Shown piece after piece: positions 1 to 8,769 of a DNA stretch of 32,000 nucleotides (position 1 is its first letter; each line of letters begins with the position of its first letter). Location of the stretch: the NCBI RefSeq assembly GCF_000299365.1, contig NC_018655.1:990001-1022000 (forward strand), in the 5' to 3' direction. Below the pieces are notes generated by a model. It had not been told where the DNA came from. It searched no databases and worked only from the letters and a program-made list of their open reading frames with translations. Made by a program: the position numbers and the translations under genes. The DNA comes from Candidatus Nitrosopumilus koreensis AR1 (GTDB taxonomy: Archaea > Thermoproteota > Nitrososphaeria > Nitrososphaerales > Nitrosopumilaceae).

Positions 1-1
1 T

Positions 2-838
2 TGTGGTATTGTACTAGAAGAGAGAGCAGTAGACAGGAATAACGATTCAAAAACTTTCACCAAAGAAGACTATTTGAATACGGCACGAAATGGCCCTCCA
101 ACAAAAATTTCCATATCAGACATGTCAAGTTCGTCTATCATATCCAAGAAAAATTTTGATGCAGTTGGAAAGAAAATGCATTCAAATAACATAAGACATT
201 TTTCCAGAATGCGATTTTGGGATTCAAGAAGTAAAAGCAACAACAAAGAACAGAATCTAGTAAAAGCATTTACCGTTTTGGATGCATATTCAAACAAGCT
301 AAACATGCCAGAAAATGCAAAAGAGCATGCAGCATACATCTATAGAAAAGCAGTAGACAAAAAGATCATCAGAGGCAATTCAATTCCATCCATGATGGCA
401 GCATCAGTCTATGCATCATGCAAACAATTAGGAATTCCCAGAAGCGTTGACGAAATATCAAAAATCACAAACATCAACAGAAAAAAACTTTTAAGATCAT
501 ACAAGAGACTAGTCAAAAAACTAGAGATCAAAGTAGACTCTACAGGAATAAATTATGTTTCCAAGATATCAAGTTCGTTATCAGTTAGTGAAAAGACTTC
601 AAGATTAGCAAACAAGATTCTTCACGACGCAAAACAAGAAAAAATCCACGTAGGAAAAAACCCAATTGGGGTTACAGCAGCGTCAATCTATCTTTCTGCA
701 ATAAACCATGGAGAACATGTTCCAATAGCAAGAATTGCCAGGAAGACCAACATAAGCACAGTCACAATTCGTAAAATTATAAAGATGTTGAGGCCTTTTG
801 CTGCAAAATACATCAAAAGCATAGACATCGGAGCATAA
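2..838 (+). CDS. tfb: Transcription initiation factor TFB (TFIIB homolog), 5'-truncated by window edge
   Basis: The frame is open from nt 2 with no stop before the listed ORF at 74. It begins inside the zinc-ribbon end (CGIVLEERAVD) and continues into two cyclin-like repeats (AAYIYRKAVDKKIIRGNSIPSMMAASVYASCK; NPIGVTAASIYLSAINHGE). It is a paralog of the full-length TFB at 18456-19346. Confidence 0.85.
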   Translation, partial: CGIVLEERAVDRNNDSKTFTKEDYLNTARNGPPTKISISDMSSSSIISKKNFDAVGKKMHSNNIRHFSRMRFWDSRSKSNNKEQNLVKAFTVLDAYSNKLNMPENAKEHAAYIYRKAVDKKIIRGNSIPSMMAASVYASCKQLGIPRSVDEISKITNINRKKLLRSYKRLVKKLEIKVDSTGINYVSKISSSLSVSEKTSRLANKILHDAKQEKIHVGKNPIGVTAASIYLSAINHGEHVPIARIARKTNISTVTIRKIIKMLRPFAAKYIKSIDIGA

Positions 839-860
839 AAAAAATCATCATTGTTTTGAT

Positions 861-1061
861 ATGGAAATAAACTCCAACATTTCAAATAATGCCAAAGTAA
901 ACATTATTGTTTTTGCAATATTTGGATTTTTACTTGTTTCAGGAATAACTGTCATTAATTTTATGGGTATTTTTTCAGAAAACTGGTTTATTGGTTTAGG
1001 ATTACTTTTGACAAGTATTGCAACTATTGCCGTATTCATAGTTATCAAATTAAAAAAATAA
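861..1061 (+). CDS. Small hydrophobic membrane protein (two predicted TM helices), hypothetical
   Basis: 66-aa ORF starting 22 nt after the TFB stop. It has two hydrophobic stretches (IIVFAIFGFLLVSGITVINFMGIF; FIGLGLLLTSIATIAVFIVI). No family recognised. Confidence 0.4.
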   Translation: MEINSNISNNAKVNIIVFAIFGFLLVSGITVINFMGIFSENWFIGLGLLLTSIATIAVFIVIKLKK

Positions 1062-1083
1062 AAATGGTTTGAGTACAGATACT

Positions 1084-2544
1084 TTAATCATACAGAGATT
1101 TAGGTTCTAGCATAGAATTCAAAATATGTCTAGCCTTGTTTTCTTCCCAAATCAACTTGTATTTGATATCTAGTCTGTCTAGCTTGTTTGAATTGGTATT
1201 TGCATAGTCGTAACTTTTTGCATCTTCCAAGTCTGTAAACTCTTCAGTACATGCAGGACACAACTCTAGCAATTGGGCAATTGCATCATTTGCTTTGTCT
1301 GTTTTATAATTTCCAAACTCTGAATGCGTTCTTGTAAACACATCAGTGGCCTCATCCTGTACCCTTTCTTGCTTGATGTAGTCTTTGCTCCATGTTCCAT
1401 ATTGGAATGTCCATGTATCTCCAAACTCATCTACTGCTGTAGTCTTGCTTGTTTCAGTCAGGTGGTATATGTGCCCCTTGTTTATTCCGTCATATTCCTT
1501 TGGAGGGTTTAGAGATTCTCCTGCCACCTCGATTCCGTGATTGTAATAGTTTTGCCATGAGCTGCGTTTAGTGTCCCATACATCTGTTCCAACAATGTTA
1601 AAGTCCAATGGTGCTCTGAACATATGCTGGATTGACACCTTCAAGCACTCGTTAGTGGAGTGCTCCATGCATGATACCTTGCTTGTAGTGACTTTGATGT
1701 TATCTAGTGCATTTTCAGGATCAGTCACTGTAACTGTCTCTGTTCCATCAAAATCAATGTCTAGTTCAATCTTTGCCTTGCTTTGTGAGATTATCTCTCC
1801 TTCAGCCATGCCAAATGCAAACGTAAAGTGCCTGATGTTGTGCACCCCAGTATTTTCATAGATCTTAAACTCTGCAACGTTTGTCTTTCCAATATCAGCT
1901 GTGATTAGCGGGTATGGTGTGAAATACCTCTCAACGTCAACTGTGTATCCGTTGTATGAGAAGCCACCGGTCACCTGACGCTTTCCACTAGAGTCAATTC
2001 CTATTGTTGGTTCTTCACAGTCTCCACTGCAACCGCTGCCATTACCATCAGAATCACTTGATGATGAAGATGTGATAATACCAAAGTTACCAGTCAATGA
2101 TACTGCAGTTGTGTTGGATCCCATGACAGTGTTGTCTGTGTTGTTATTCTGAATACCTATGTTGTTGGTAGATTTTGCAGCTACTGTGGAGGAGCCTATG
2201 GTCAAAGTACTGCCAGAACCAATATCTGTCATGTTGATGACCAGTTGTGTGTTAGATGTCCATTCCCCTACAAAATCCACTCCTGTTGCACTTAATGGGT
2301 CATCTGAGGCAAATGTGAAATTTCCAGTGATGGCAGAGTCTTGAACTATTTGAGCTGTTGCATTGCTAGCTTCACTTAGTGTGATAGTTATGGTGTCTCC
2401 ATTACTGTACACGCCATCCAAATTGTCCGGATCATCGGCAACATATGCTGTGATGTATGGAGCTGCAAATGCACTTTGAGATAATAGCGGACTGAATCCA
2501 AGCAAAACCCCAAAGACTGCAATTAGTAATACTCTTGAAGTCAT
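1084..2544 (-). CDS. Secreted protein of unknown function (signal peptide, Ser/Gly/Asp/Cys linker)
   Basis: 486-aa ORF with an N-terminal signal peptide (MTSRVLLIAVFGVLLGFSPLLSQSAFA-AP). A T/S/N-rich N-domain is joined by a SSSSSDSDGNGSGCSGDCEE linker to a C-terminal domain. A TATA-like box lies upstream. Confidence 0.7.
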   Translation of the reverse strand: MTSRVLLIAVFGVLLGFSPLLSQSAFAAPYITAYVADDPDNLDGVYSNGDTITITLSEASNATAQIVQDSAITGNFTFASDDPLSATGVDFVGEWTSNTQLVINMTDIGSGSTLTIGSSTVAAKSTNNIGIQNNNTDNTVMGSNTTAVSLTGNFGIITSSSSSDSDGNGSGCSGDCEEPTIGIDSSGKRQVTGGFSYNGYTVDVERYFTPYPLITADIGKTNVAEFKIYENTGVHNIRHFTFAFGMAEGEIISQSKAKIELDIDFDGTETVTVTDPENALDNIKVTTSKVSCMEHSTNECLKVSIQHMFRAPLDFNIVGTDVWDTKRSSWQNYYNHGIEVAGESLNPPKEYDGINKGHIYHLTETSKTTAVDEFGDTWTFQYGTWSKDYIKQERVQDEATDVFTRTHSEFGNYKTDKANDAIAQLLELCPACTEEFTDLEDAKSYDYANTNSNKLDRLDIKYKLIWEENKARHILNSMLEPKSLYD

Positions 2545-2560
2545 TAATCAGTATCGGTGC

Positions 2561-2577
2561 AATTATATTTTAAAACC
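2561..2577 (-). promoter_or_regulatory. TATA-box-like element for the 1084-2544 gene
   Basis: The coding strand reads GGTTTTAAAATATAATT, 17-33 nt upstream of the ATG at 2544. This spacing is typical of archaeal leaderless or short-leader promoters. Confidence 0.4.
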
Positions 2578-2764
2578 AACTCCCTTTGATACTTTCTATA
2601 ATGGGTATTGACAACACAACAAAATTATCTTTAGATTATTTTATAAAAAAATAAAGTTCATCTAGTTCAACACAAATTGAGAATATTATTTATGTTTTGA
2701 AATATTTCTAAAAAAGAATTGCAATTAATTTTGCAAATAAAAAACGGTAGGAATCAACTTAAAG

Positions 2765-4516
2765 TTAGTGGGTTAGCGTTAAACCATCAATCGTTTTTTC
2801 TTTTTCAATTGTTTTTGGAAGACGTATGGAAAAAGTCACGGGATCATTGTTTACAGATACAGTACCATGATGTTCGTTTACAATTTTAACAACACTGCGC
2901 AATCCCAATCCTGTTCCACGTTGTTTTGTAGTAAATAATGGTTCAAAGATCTTATCCATGTATCCTTCAGGTATAGGAGGTCCAGAGTTGGATATTGTCA
3001 TTACTATCTCATCAGATTCTTCGCACACGTTGATCTTTATCCATCCAGAGTTATTTCCAATAGCCTGTTTAGCATTGTGCAAGATGTTAATAATGGCACT
3101 TTGAAGTTTGTATTTGTCAGCAGTTATGGTTATCATTGGACATTGTATGGTAAGTTGAATACTCTTTCCAAATGAGATATTTTTTGATGCATCATCCATA
3201 AAGGAATTTAGGTCAAATATCGAATAAGATGTTGGCTTATCTCTAAGATAACCCATAATGTCTTCTACTTGATGCGACATTCTTTCTATAGAATCTTCAA
3301 ACAATGATATGTATTTCTCAGTACCAGGAATATTCTTCAGTTTTAAAATTTTTGTTGTCGTTTTTTAAAACAGATATAGGATTTCGCATGTCATGTGCAA
3401 TCTTTGCAGACATTTCACCAATAGTGGTGAGTCTTTCATGCATCAATTCTTGTTTTTTGTTTTTTCAAGTTGTTGTGCCATTTCACATATGCTTTTATTT
3501 AGAGATTGTATTTCCGAAACCCCACCTACATCCATGGGCGCAACAAAATTTCCCTGACTTATTAGTTTTGAAGCAGCCTGAATTTTTTTCAGGGGTTTGA
3601 GAATAGATCTTGAGAACATAATTGCAGGGAAAAATATTATCCCACCAGCAAAAATGATTTGAATTACAGACCAGGTTTCAAACACATTTACTGTCGCTAA
3701 AAGATCTGCCTTGTCAATTTTTACCACTAATCCCAAATCATAATGATCTAAATATTTAACATATGTGACTACTTCCTTCCCCCTATAATCTATAGCAGTG
3801 TCAACACTAGGGGCGTTTCCAGCAAATGCTTTGATGATTGGTCTGTCAGAATTGTTTTCTATGATTCTACCAGATTGGTAATTATCGTATTTTAGCGGAG
3901 TAATGACAGTTGCACTACCATCATTGTTTTTTGATGCAAGAAATATTTCTAATGATGAATGGTCAGCAAACAGATCTGTTATTGCAGTTTCAAAATAAAG
4001 TGGTTTTGTGAACAGTTCAATAAAACCAATATGCGTGCCAGATAGATACAAGGGTGCAAATGCACGTATATCGATGTCACCTTGATCATAAATTACTGAA
4101 AATTGATTTGGGCGCTCAAATTGAAAATTAGTCGCAGGCATCACATCAGAGGTAGAAGATACAAGAACACCATTATTATCATATATTGATATTGTTTGAT
4201 ATGCGTCGTTTGAATTTAGTGCATCAAGCAAGATAGTCCTTATCTTTTCAGGTGGCGTGTCATGTATCCCGTTGTTATATTCATCTAACAGTATTCGCAT
4301 CTGAGTTCTGGTTGCAATATTGTTTAATTGATCTATGGTAGAATGCTCTGTAGTTTCAAGTATCTTTTCCACACTTGTAGAGACTATAGAAAAATCTTCT
4401 AGTTTGTCGTTTACAATATCAGATTTTATCATAACAATATACAAAATAAAAGATAACATCACTGGAATTATTATTCCAATCCATATTGCCAACATTACGT
4501 TTGTTTTAATTTTCAA
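2765..4516 (-). pseudogene. Membrane sensor histidine kinase interrupted by two frameshifts that bracket the H-box
   Basis: Segment 4516-3443 encodes TM, an extracytoplasmic sensor of about 270 aa, a second TM and a HAMP-like region. The H-box ERLTTIGEMSAKIAHDMRNPISVL is readable only in a different frame, roughly 3460-3318. Segment 3364-2765 returns to the first frame and carries the N box (ILHNAKQA) and G boxes (SNSGPPIP, GTGLGL). Both frame changes fall in A6 runs on the coding strand. Confidence 0.75.
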
Positions 4517-4976
4517 CAGCCCCTGCCACCTCGTTGGCTACATATTGTAAGGACTTTTTTTTGTACAAGCTTTCCATGATCGATAGTATGTTATCCATGT
4601 CAAATGGTTTGTAGACTATCGAGTCCACATACAATCTGTGGAGTTTGTCTTCTGTTTCGTTGGATAGATCTGCAGTTACCGCAATTACGAATGCTGTACG
4701 GTCATATTGTTTAATTTTCTCTAATGCATAAAACCCATCATATTCTGGCATCATTATATCCAAAAATACAAAGTCAGGACGGACTTGTTTGAACATCTCA
4801 AATGCCTGTTTGCCATCAAATGCCTTGCCAACAACTTTGTGGTCTGTTAGCTCCAAATATTCTGAGAAAACATCAACGGTGTTCAGATCATCATCTACTA
4901 CCATTACGTTAAATCTGGATTTTGATTGCAATTCCTCTTTTGTAACATAGTTAATCTCTGGAGAATGCTTACTCAT
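4506..4976 (-). CDS. Single-domain response regulator (CheY-like receiver)
   Basis: Receiver signature is present: VMVVDDD, FLDIMMPEYDG, VTAD, YKPFD. It overlaps the upstream protease gene by 4 nt and the downstream kinase by 11 nt. Confidence 0.9.
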   Translation of the reverse strand: MSKHSPEINYVTKEELQSKSRFNVMVVDDDLNTVDVFSEYLELTDHKVVGKAFDGKQAFEMFKQVRPDFVFLDIMMPEYDGFYALEKIKQYDRTAFVIAVTADLSNETEDKLHRLYVDSIVYKPFDMDNILSIMESLYKKKSLQYVANEVAGAVEN

Positions 4977-5728
4977 TTTTCACAAACCACCGTTGTTCTA
5001 GTATTTCCATTATAGAGTGCCTCCAATGCATCAACATTGCACTCTGAGATGTATGGGTAATCTGTCTTAATTACAGGATACATCAGATCTTCTGGATCCG
5101 TCGAATGTGCAAGTCCAAGCACATGACCAAACTCGTGCATTATGATTGTGTTTAGTTGAGATGCTGAAAGTGAATCAACATCATAGATTGTAACATATGA
5201 CTTTAGAATCTCGTTGTTGTCTACAGTATTTTTAGTGTATCCAGTGTATCCATCAGGATGAGAACCTGACTCTAATAAAATTACAATACTTCCTTCAGCA
5301 ATGTCAGACTCAAAGATGTTGAATGTCGAGGGAGGCACATACAATGTATTGTCACCTATTTGAGTTACTGCTCCTTGCCAACCAGAGTTGTAAACAGACG
5401 TTGATCCCTTTGGCCCTTTATGCAATGAAAAGTCATCCAAAGTAATTTCATCCATAGACAAAATGGCATCTTTTAGAGAATCCATTTGTTCATCATTTAT
5501 CAGGTGTGTGTTAAGTACTGAGACATTAATTGGAGAATCCTTTGCCCACTTCCAGTTTACATGAGTTTGAACTACATCTCCACGTAAATTTTCAACAACA
5601 TAACTTGATTTTAATTCCATGTCATTTTCAGATTCCACAATTTTATCAAAATCAGGAACGTAATCAAAAACAATTTCATTAATTGGCACCAACAGACCTA
5701 ATGTAAAAACAGAACCCAGTAAAATCAA
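4973..5728 (-). CDS. Secreted or membrane-anchored zinc metalloprotease, metzincin (matrixin/M10-like)
   Basis: It has the HEFGHVLGLAHS motif (HExxHxxGxxH) followed by a Met-turn (DLMYP), and a hydrophobic N-terminus ILLGSVFTLGLLVP. As listed it uses a TTG start. The true N-terminus may lie upstream (see findings). Confidence 0.8.
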   Translation of the reverse strand: MILLGSVFTLGLLVPINEIVFDYVPDFDKIVESENDMELKSSYVVENLRGDVVQTHVNWKWAKDSPINVSVLNTHLINDEQMDSLKDAILSMDEITLDDFSLHKGPKGSTSVYNSGWQGAVTQIGDNTLYVPPSTFNIFESDIAEGSIVILLESGSHPDGYTGYTKNTVDNNEILKSYVTIYDVDSLSASQLNTIIMHEFGHVLGLAHSTDPEDLMYPVIKTDYPYISECNVDALEALYNGNTRTTVVCEK

Positions 5729-5924
5729 GGGAATGTTTTTTGTGAAAGTATTTTGTCATTGGCATCATGAGTTTTGTTTTTTCTTTTAGTTCAGAATTTT
5801 CTGCAGAAAGATGATTAATTTTGATTTCAAGCTCGTGGTTTTTTTCTTTTAGTATTGAATTGATTTTTTTCAAGGTCATCTCATTTTGAAGATAATCAGG
5901 TACTGTTTTTTCAGCCATGAGCAA
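5679..5924 (-). CDS. Small coiled-coil protein, or possibly the frameshifted N-terminal extension of the metzincin
   Basis: 81-aa ORF with heptad-like KKINSILKEKNHELEIKINHLSAENSELKEK. It overlaps the protease ORF by 50 nt, and an A6 run lies inside the overlap. Confidence 0.4.
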   Translation of the reverse strand: MLMAEKTVPDYLQNEMTLKKINSILKEKNHELEIKINHLSAENSELKEKTKLMMPMTKYFHKKHSLDFTGFCFYIRSVGAN

Positions 5925-6093
5925 AAATAGAGATTTTTTTATTTAATGTATATTCTCTTTATCACATATTGAGATACTCTCCATAGGGAGTGGTGTATTT
6001 ATTACAAAAAAACAAGTTATGGCATGTTTCATAGAAAATCACCTCCAATCCATATTTGTCTGGTAAAAAATGACACGGAGTTAAAGGAGGCTA

Positions 6094-6219
6094 ATGAACA
6101 AGTTATCAAAAGCAAATATTGTTGAGCCCAAAATCCAATTTCTTCATTCAATAAAAGATCTGAAAGATCTAGTTACTAAAATCGAACAATTTAACAAGAA
6201 ATATGACATCAACCTATAA
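6094..6219 (+). CDS. Small ORF (41 aa), hypothetical
   Basis: ATG preceded by AAGGAGG 5 nt upstream. Translation: MNKLSKANIVEPKIQFLHSIKDLKDLVTKIEQFNKKYDINL. It is below the ORF-track length cutoff and no family was recognised. Confidence 0.3.
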   Translation: MNKLSKANIVEPKIQFLHSIKDLKDLVTKIEQFNKKYDINL

Positions 6220-6298
6220 AAATAAATTAAAAAAACTATACAGTTGTTAAGAAGAAATCAGAATAAGATTTTATATTATTATTACAATATTAAACTCT

Positions 6299-6580
6299 GT
6301 GAATAGAAAGGAAAGGAGGGGAAAGTTAGAGATTTACTATGATGTCCTCACTGCAATTAAAAATGAGAGTACCAACATAGGTGTAATAAAACCAACAAGA
6401 TTGCAATATGGAAGCAATTTATCTTATGACAAGTTAACAAATTATCTTCATGATCTAAAGCAAAAGGAGATGGTAATGAAAAATGGCGGAATTAAAATTT
6501 TAGAGAGAGGAAGAGAATTCATGGAGGAGTATTGCAACATCAGAAAACAAATTAAAAAATTGGGGTTGGAGTTTACATGA
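6299..6580 (+). CDS. Small winged-helix DNA-binding protein (archaeal wHTH, HTH_45-like)
   Basis: 93 aa with a GTG start. The pattern RGKLEIYYDVLTAI...KPTRLQYGSNLSYDKLTNYLHDLKQKEMV...ILERGREF is typical of stand-alone archaeal wHTH proteins. Its stop overlaps the start of the next gene (ATGA). Confidence 0.65.
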   Translation: MNRKERRGKLEIYYDVLTAIKNESTNIGVIKPTRLQYGSNLSYDKLTNYLHDLKQKEMVMKNGGIKILERGREFMEEYCNIRKQIKKLGLEFT

Positions 6581-7080
6581 AATTATTAGTAGTAGAAGAT
6601 GAGAAACATACTGCAGAAGCTTATAAAATCGCACTTGAACATAACAAACACGAAGTTACATTAGCAAGTACTGGAGAAGATGCACTAGAAAAATGCCAAA
6701 AAGAAACAGATGCCACATACCATAGTCCTTTTGATCTAATAATTTTAGACTACAAACTTCCTAAAATGGACGGATTAGAAGTAGCAAGAAGAATATTAGA
6801 AAAAAATCCAGACCAAACCATAGTCTTTGCATCAGCGTTTGTAAAGGAACTGCTAACAGAGGATATAAAAAACATCACAACAAATGGAGAAAGAATAGAA
6901 ATTCTATCAAAACCCTTTGACATATCCACATTACTAAACAAGATAGAAAACCATCAGATTTCCCAAGAGTTATCTGAGTTTAGAATAAAGATAAATCCAG
7001 AAATAATTGAAAACAACATAGAAGCATTAAAGGAAATACTAACCAAATTAAAAACAGTAGAATCCAAATATCTAAAATGA
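6577..7080 (+). CDS. Response regulator receiver domain protein with a C-terminal helical extension of about 45 aa
   Basis: Receiver signature KLLVVEDE, LIILDYKLPKMDG, SKPFD. No recognisable output domain. Confidence 0.9.
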   Translation: MKLLVVEDEKHTAEAYKIALEHNKHEVTLASTGEDALEKCQKETDATYHSPFDLIILDYKLPKMDGLEVARRILEKNPDQTIVFASAFVKELLTEDIKNITTNGERIEILSKPFDISTLLNKIENHQISQELSEFRIKINPEIIENNIEALKEILTKLKTVESKYLK

Positions 7081-7100
7081 CAGTGTAGGTACTGAGAGAC

Positions 7101-8657
7101 TTGAAAGATCTTGAATTATCTAAGCTCATGCAAAATAGTAAAATCAATTTAGAGACATTAGAATTTTGTTTAAACGAGGCAGTGCTGCTGACTGTTTGGG
7201 ACAAACATGGAACAATAACGTATGCTAACAAAAAATTCTGCGACGTGTCAGGGTATGAAGAAAAGGAGCTTATAGGTCAGAATCACCGCATACTAAAAGC
7301 TAAAACATACTCTGATCAATTTTACGATGAGCTATGGAATGTGATATCCAATGGGAAGACATGGCACGGTGAAATCAAAAATGTGAGCAAAACAGGAAAA
7401 TATTACTGGGTCATGGCAACCATAGTTCCAGTATTTGATGAAGACGGAAAGCCAGAACAATATGTGGCAATAAGAACCGACATAACAAATAGAAAAAATA
7501 TAGAAGAAAGGCTTCGAAGATCACAAAGCGATGTAGAAAAGATCAAGTTTGCTTTAGATGAATCAGCACTGGTTGCAATTACAGATAAGCAGGGAACAAT
7601 AACGTATGCTAACAAAAAATTCTGCGACGTGTCAGGGTATGAAGAAAAGGAGCTTATAGGTCAGAATCACCGCATACTAAAATCAGGATATCATCCACCT
7701 GAATTTTACGATGAGCTATGGGAGGTCATATCCAAGGGGAAGACATGGCAAGGTGAAATCAAAAACGTGAGCAAAACAGGAAAATATTACTGGGTAAAAA
7801 CTACAATCGTTCCATTTCTTGATGAAGACGGAAAGCCAGAACAATATGTGGCAATAAGAACAGACATAACAGATAGAAAAGAGGCAGAGGAAAGGCTTCT
7901 AAAAGCCAATAAGACAATACTAGAAAACGAAAAACAGATCAAAGAGCAAATAGAAAAACTAAAACTACATGATAAAATGCAAACTGAATTCATAAACGTA
8001 GCAGCTCATGAATTAAGAACACCAATTCAGCCATTACGTAACTATACACAACTTGCATTAAACGGATTGGTGGATTCAAAAACAGCACTTGAGATTATTG
8101 ATTCAGAATCAGACAGATTAAGAAATCTGGCAAACGACATTTTAGATGCATCCAGAATCGAATCAGGTACTTTAGCAGTTACATTTTCTAGAACAATGAT
8201 CAACGACATAATTTACAAAACAACTGACATGATAAAACGAGATTTAGAAAATAATATAAAAATTGAAACAGAGTTAAAAGACACCAACGAATTGATAATT
8301 GATGCAGATCATGATAGATTAATGCAAGTATTCACAAATATAATCAGCAATGCATGTAGATTTGCTAAAACAAAAATATGGATTAAAAGTAAAACAATTG
8401 ATTCAGAGAATATAAAAATTGAAATTCGTGATGACGGGGATGGAATATCTGATGAAATCTTGCACTCATTGTTTGAAAAATTTGTAACAAAAAGTGCCAA
8501 CATGTCAGACAAGAAAGGAACAGGTCTAGGTTTATTCATAAGCAAAAATATTATTGAATCCCATCATGGCACCATATCAGCTGGCAACCTAAAAACAGAA
8601 GGGGCACAATTCACCATAACTTTGCCAATAAAACAAAAAATCATCAAAACAATCTAA
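7101..8657 (+). CDS. Cytoplasmic PAS-PAS sensor histidine kinase
   Basis: It has two PAS domains, then a coiled coil, an H-box (AAHELRTPIQPL), an N box (ISNACRFA) and G boxes (DDGDGI, GTGLGL). The start is TTG at 7101 or ATG at 7128. Confidence 0.9.
   Translation: MKDLELSKLMQNSKINLETLEFCLNEAVLLTVWDKHGTITYANKKFCDVSGYEEKELIGQNHRILKAKTYSDQFYDELWNVISNGKTWHGEIKNVSKTGKYYWVMATIVPVFDEDGKPEQYVAIRTDITNRKNIEERLRRSQSDVEKIKFALDESALVAITDKQGTITYANKKFCDVSGYEEKELIGQNHRILKSGYHPPEFYDELWEVISKGKTWQGEIKNVSKTGKYYWVKTTIVPFLDEDGKPEQYVAIRTDITDRKEAEERLLKANKTILENEKQIKEQIEKLKLHDKMQTEFINVAAHELRTPIQPLRNYTQLALNGLVDSKTALEIIDSESDRLRNLANDILDASRIESGTLAVTFSRTMINDIIYKTTDMIKRDLENNIKIETELKDTNELIIDADHDRLMQVFTNIISNACRFAKTKIWIKSKTIDSENIKIEIRDDGDGISDEILHSLFEKFVTKSANMSDKKGTGLGLFISKNIIESHHGTISAGNLKTEGAQFTITLPIKQKIIKTI
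7209..7881 (+). repeat. Intragenic tandem duplication (384-bp period) of the PAS-domain coding segment
   Basis: 7209-7298 is identical to 7593-7682 over 90 bp. Further near-identical blocks follow (GKTW.GEIKNVSKTGKYYWV; DEDGKPEQYVAIRTDIT). Confidence 0.9.
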
Positions 8658-8769
8658 ATTTTCCAAAGTATTTTGCAAGAACATTTCCAGTAATTCCAAA
8701 AAAGGACTTTGAGCCTACAATCACAGTAAATCAATGAATGTTTCAGCAGTTGTTTTTGCAGATATTACT

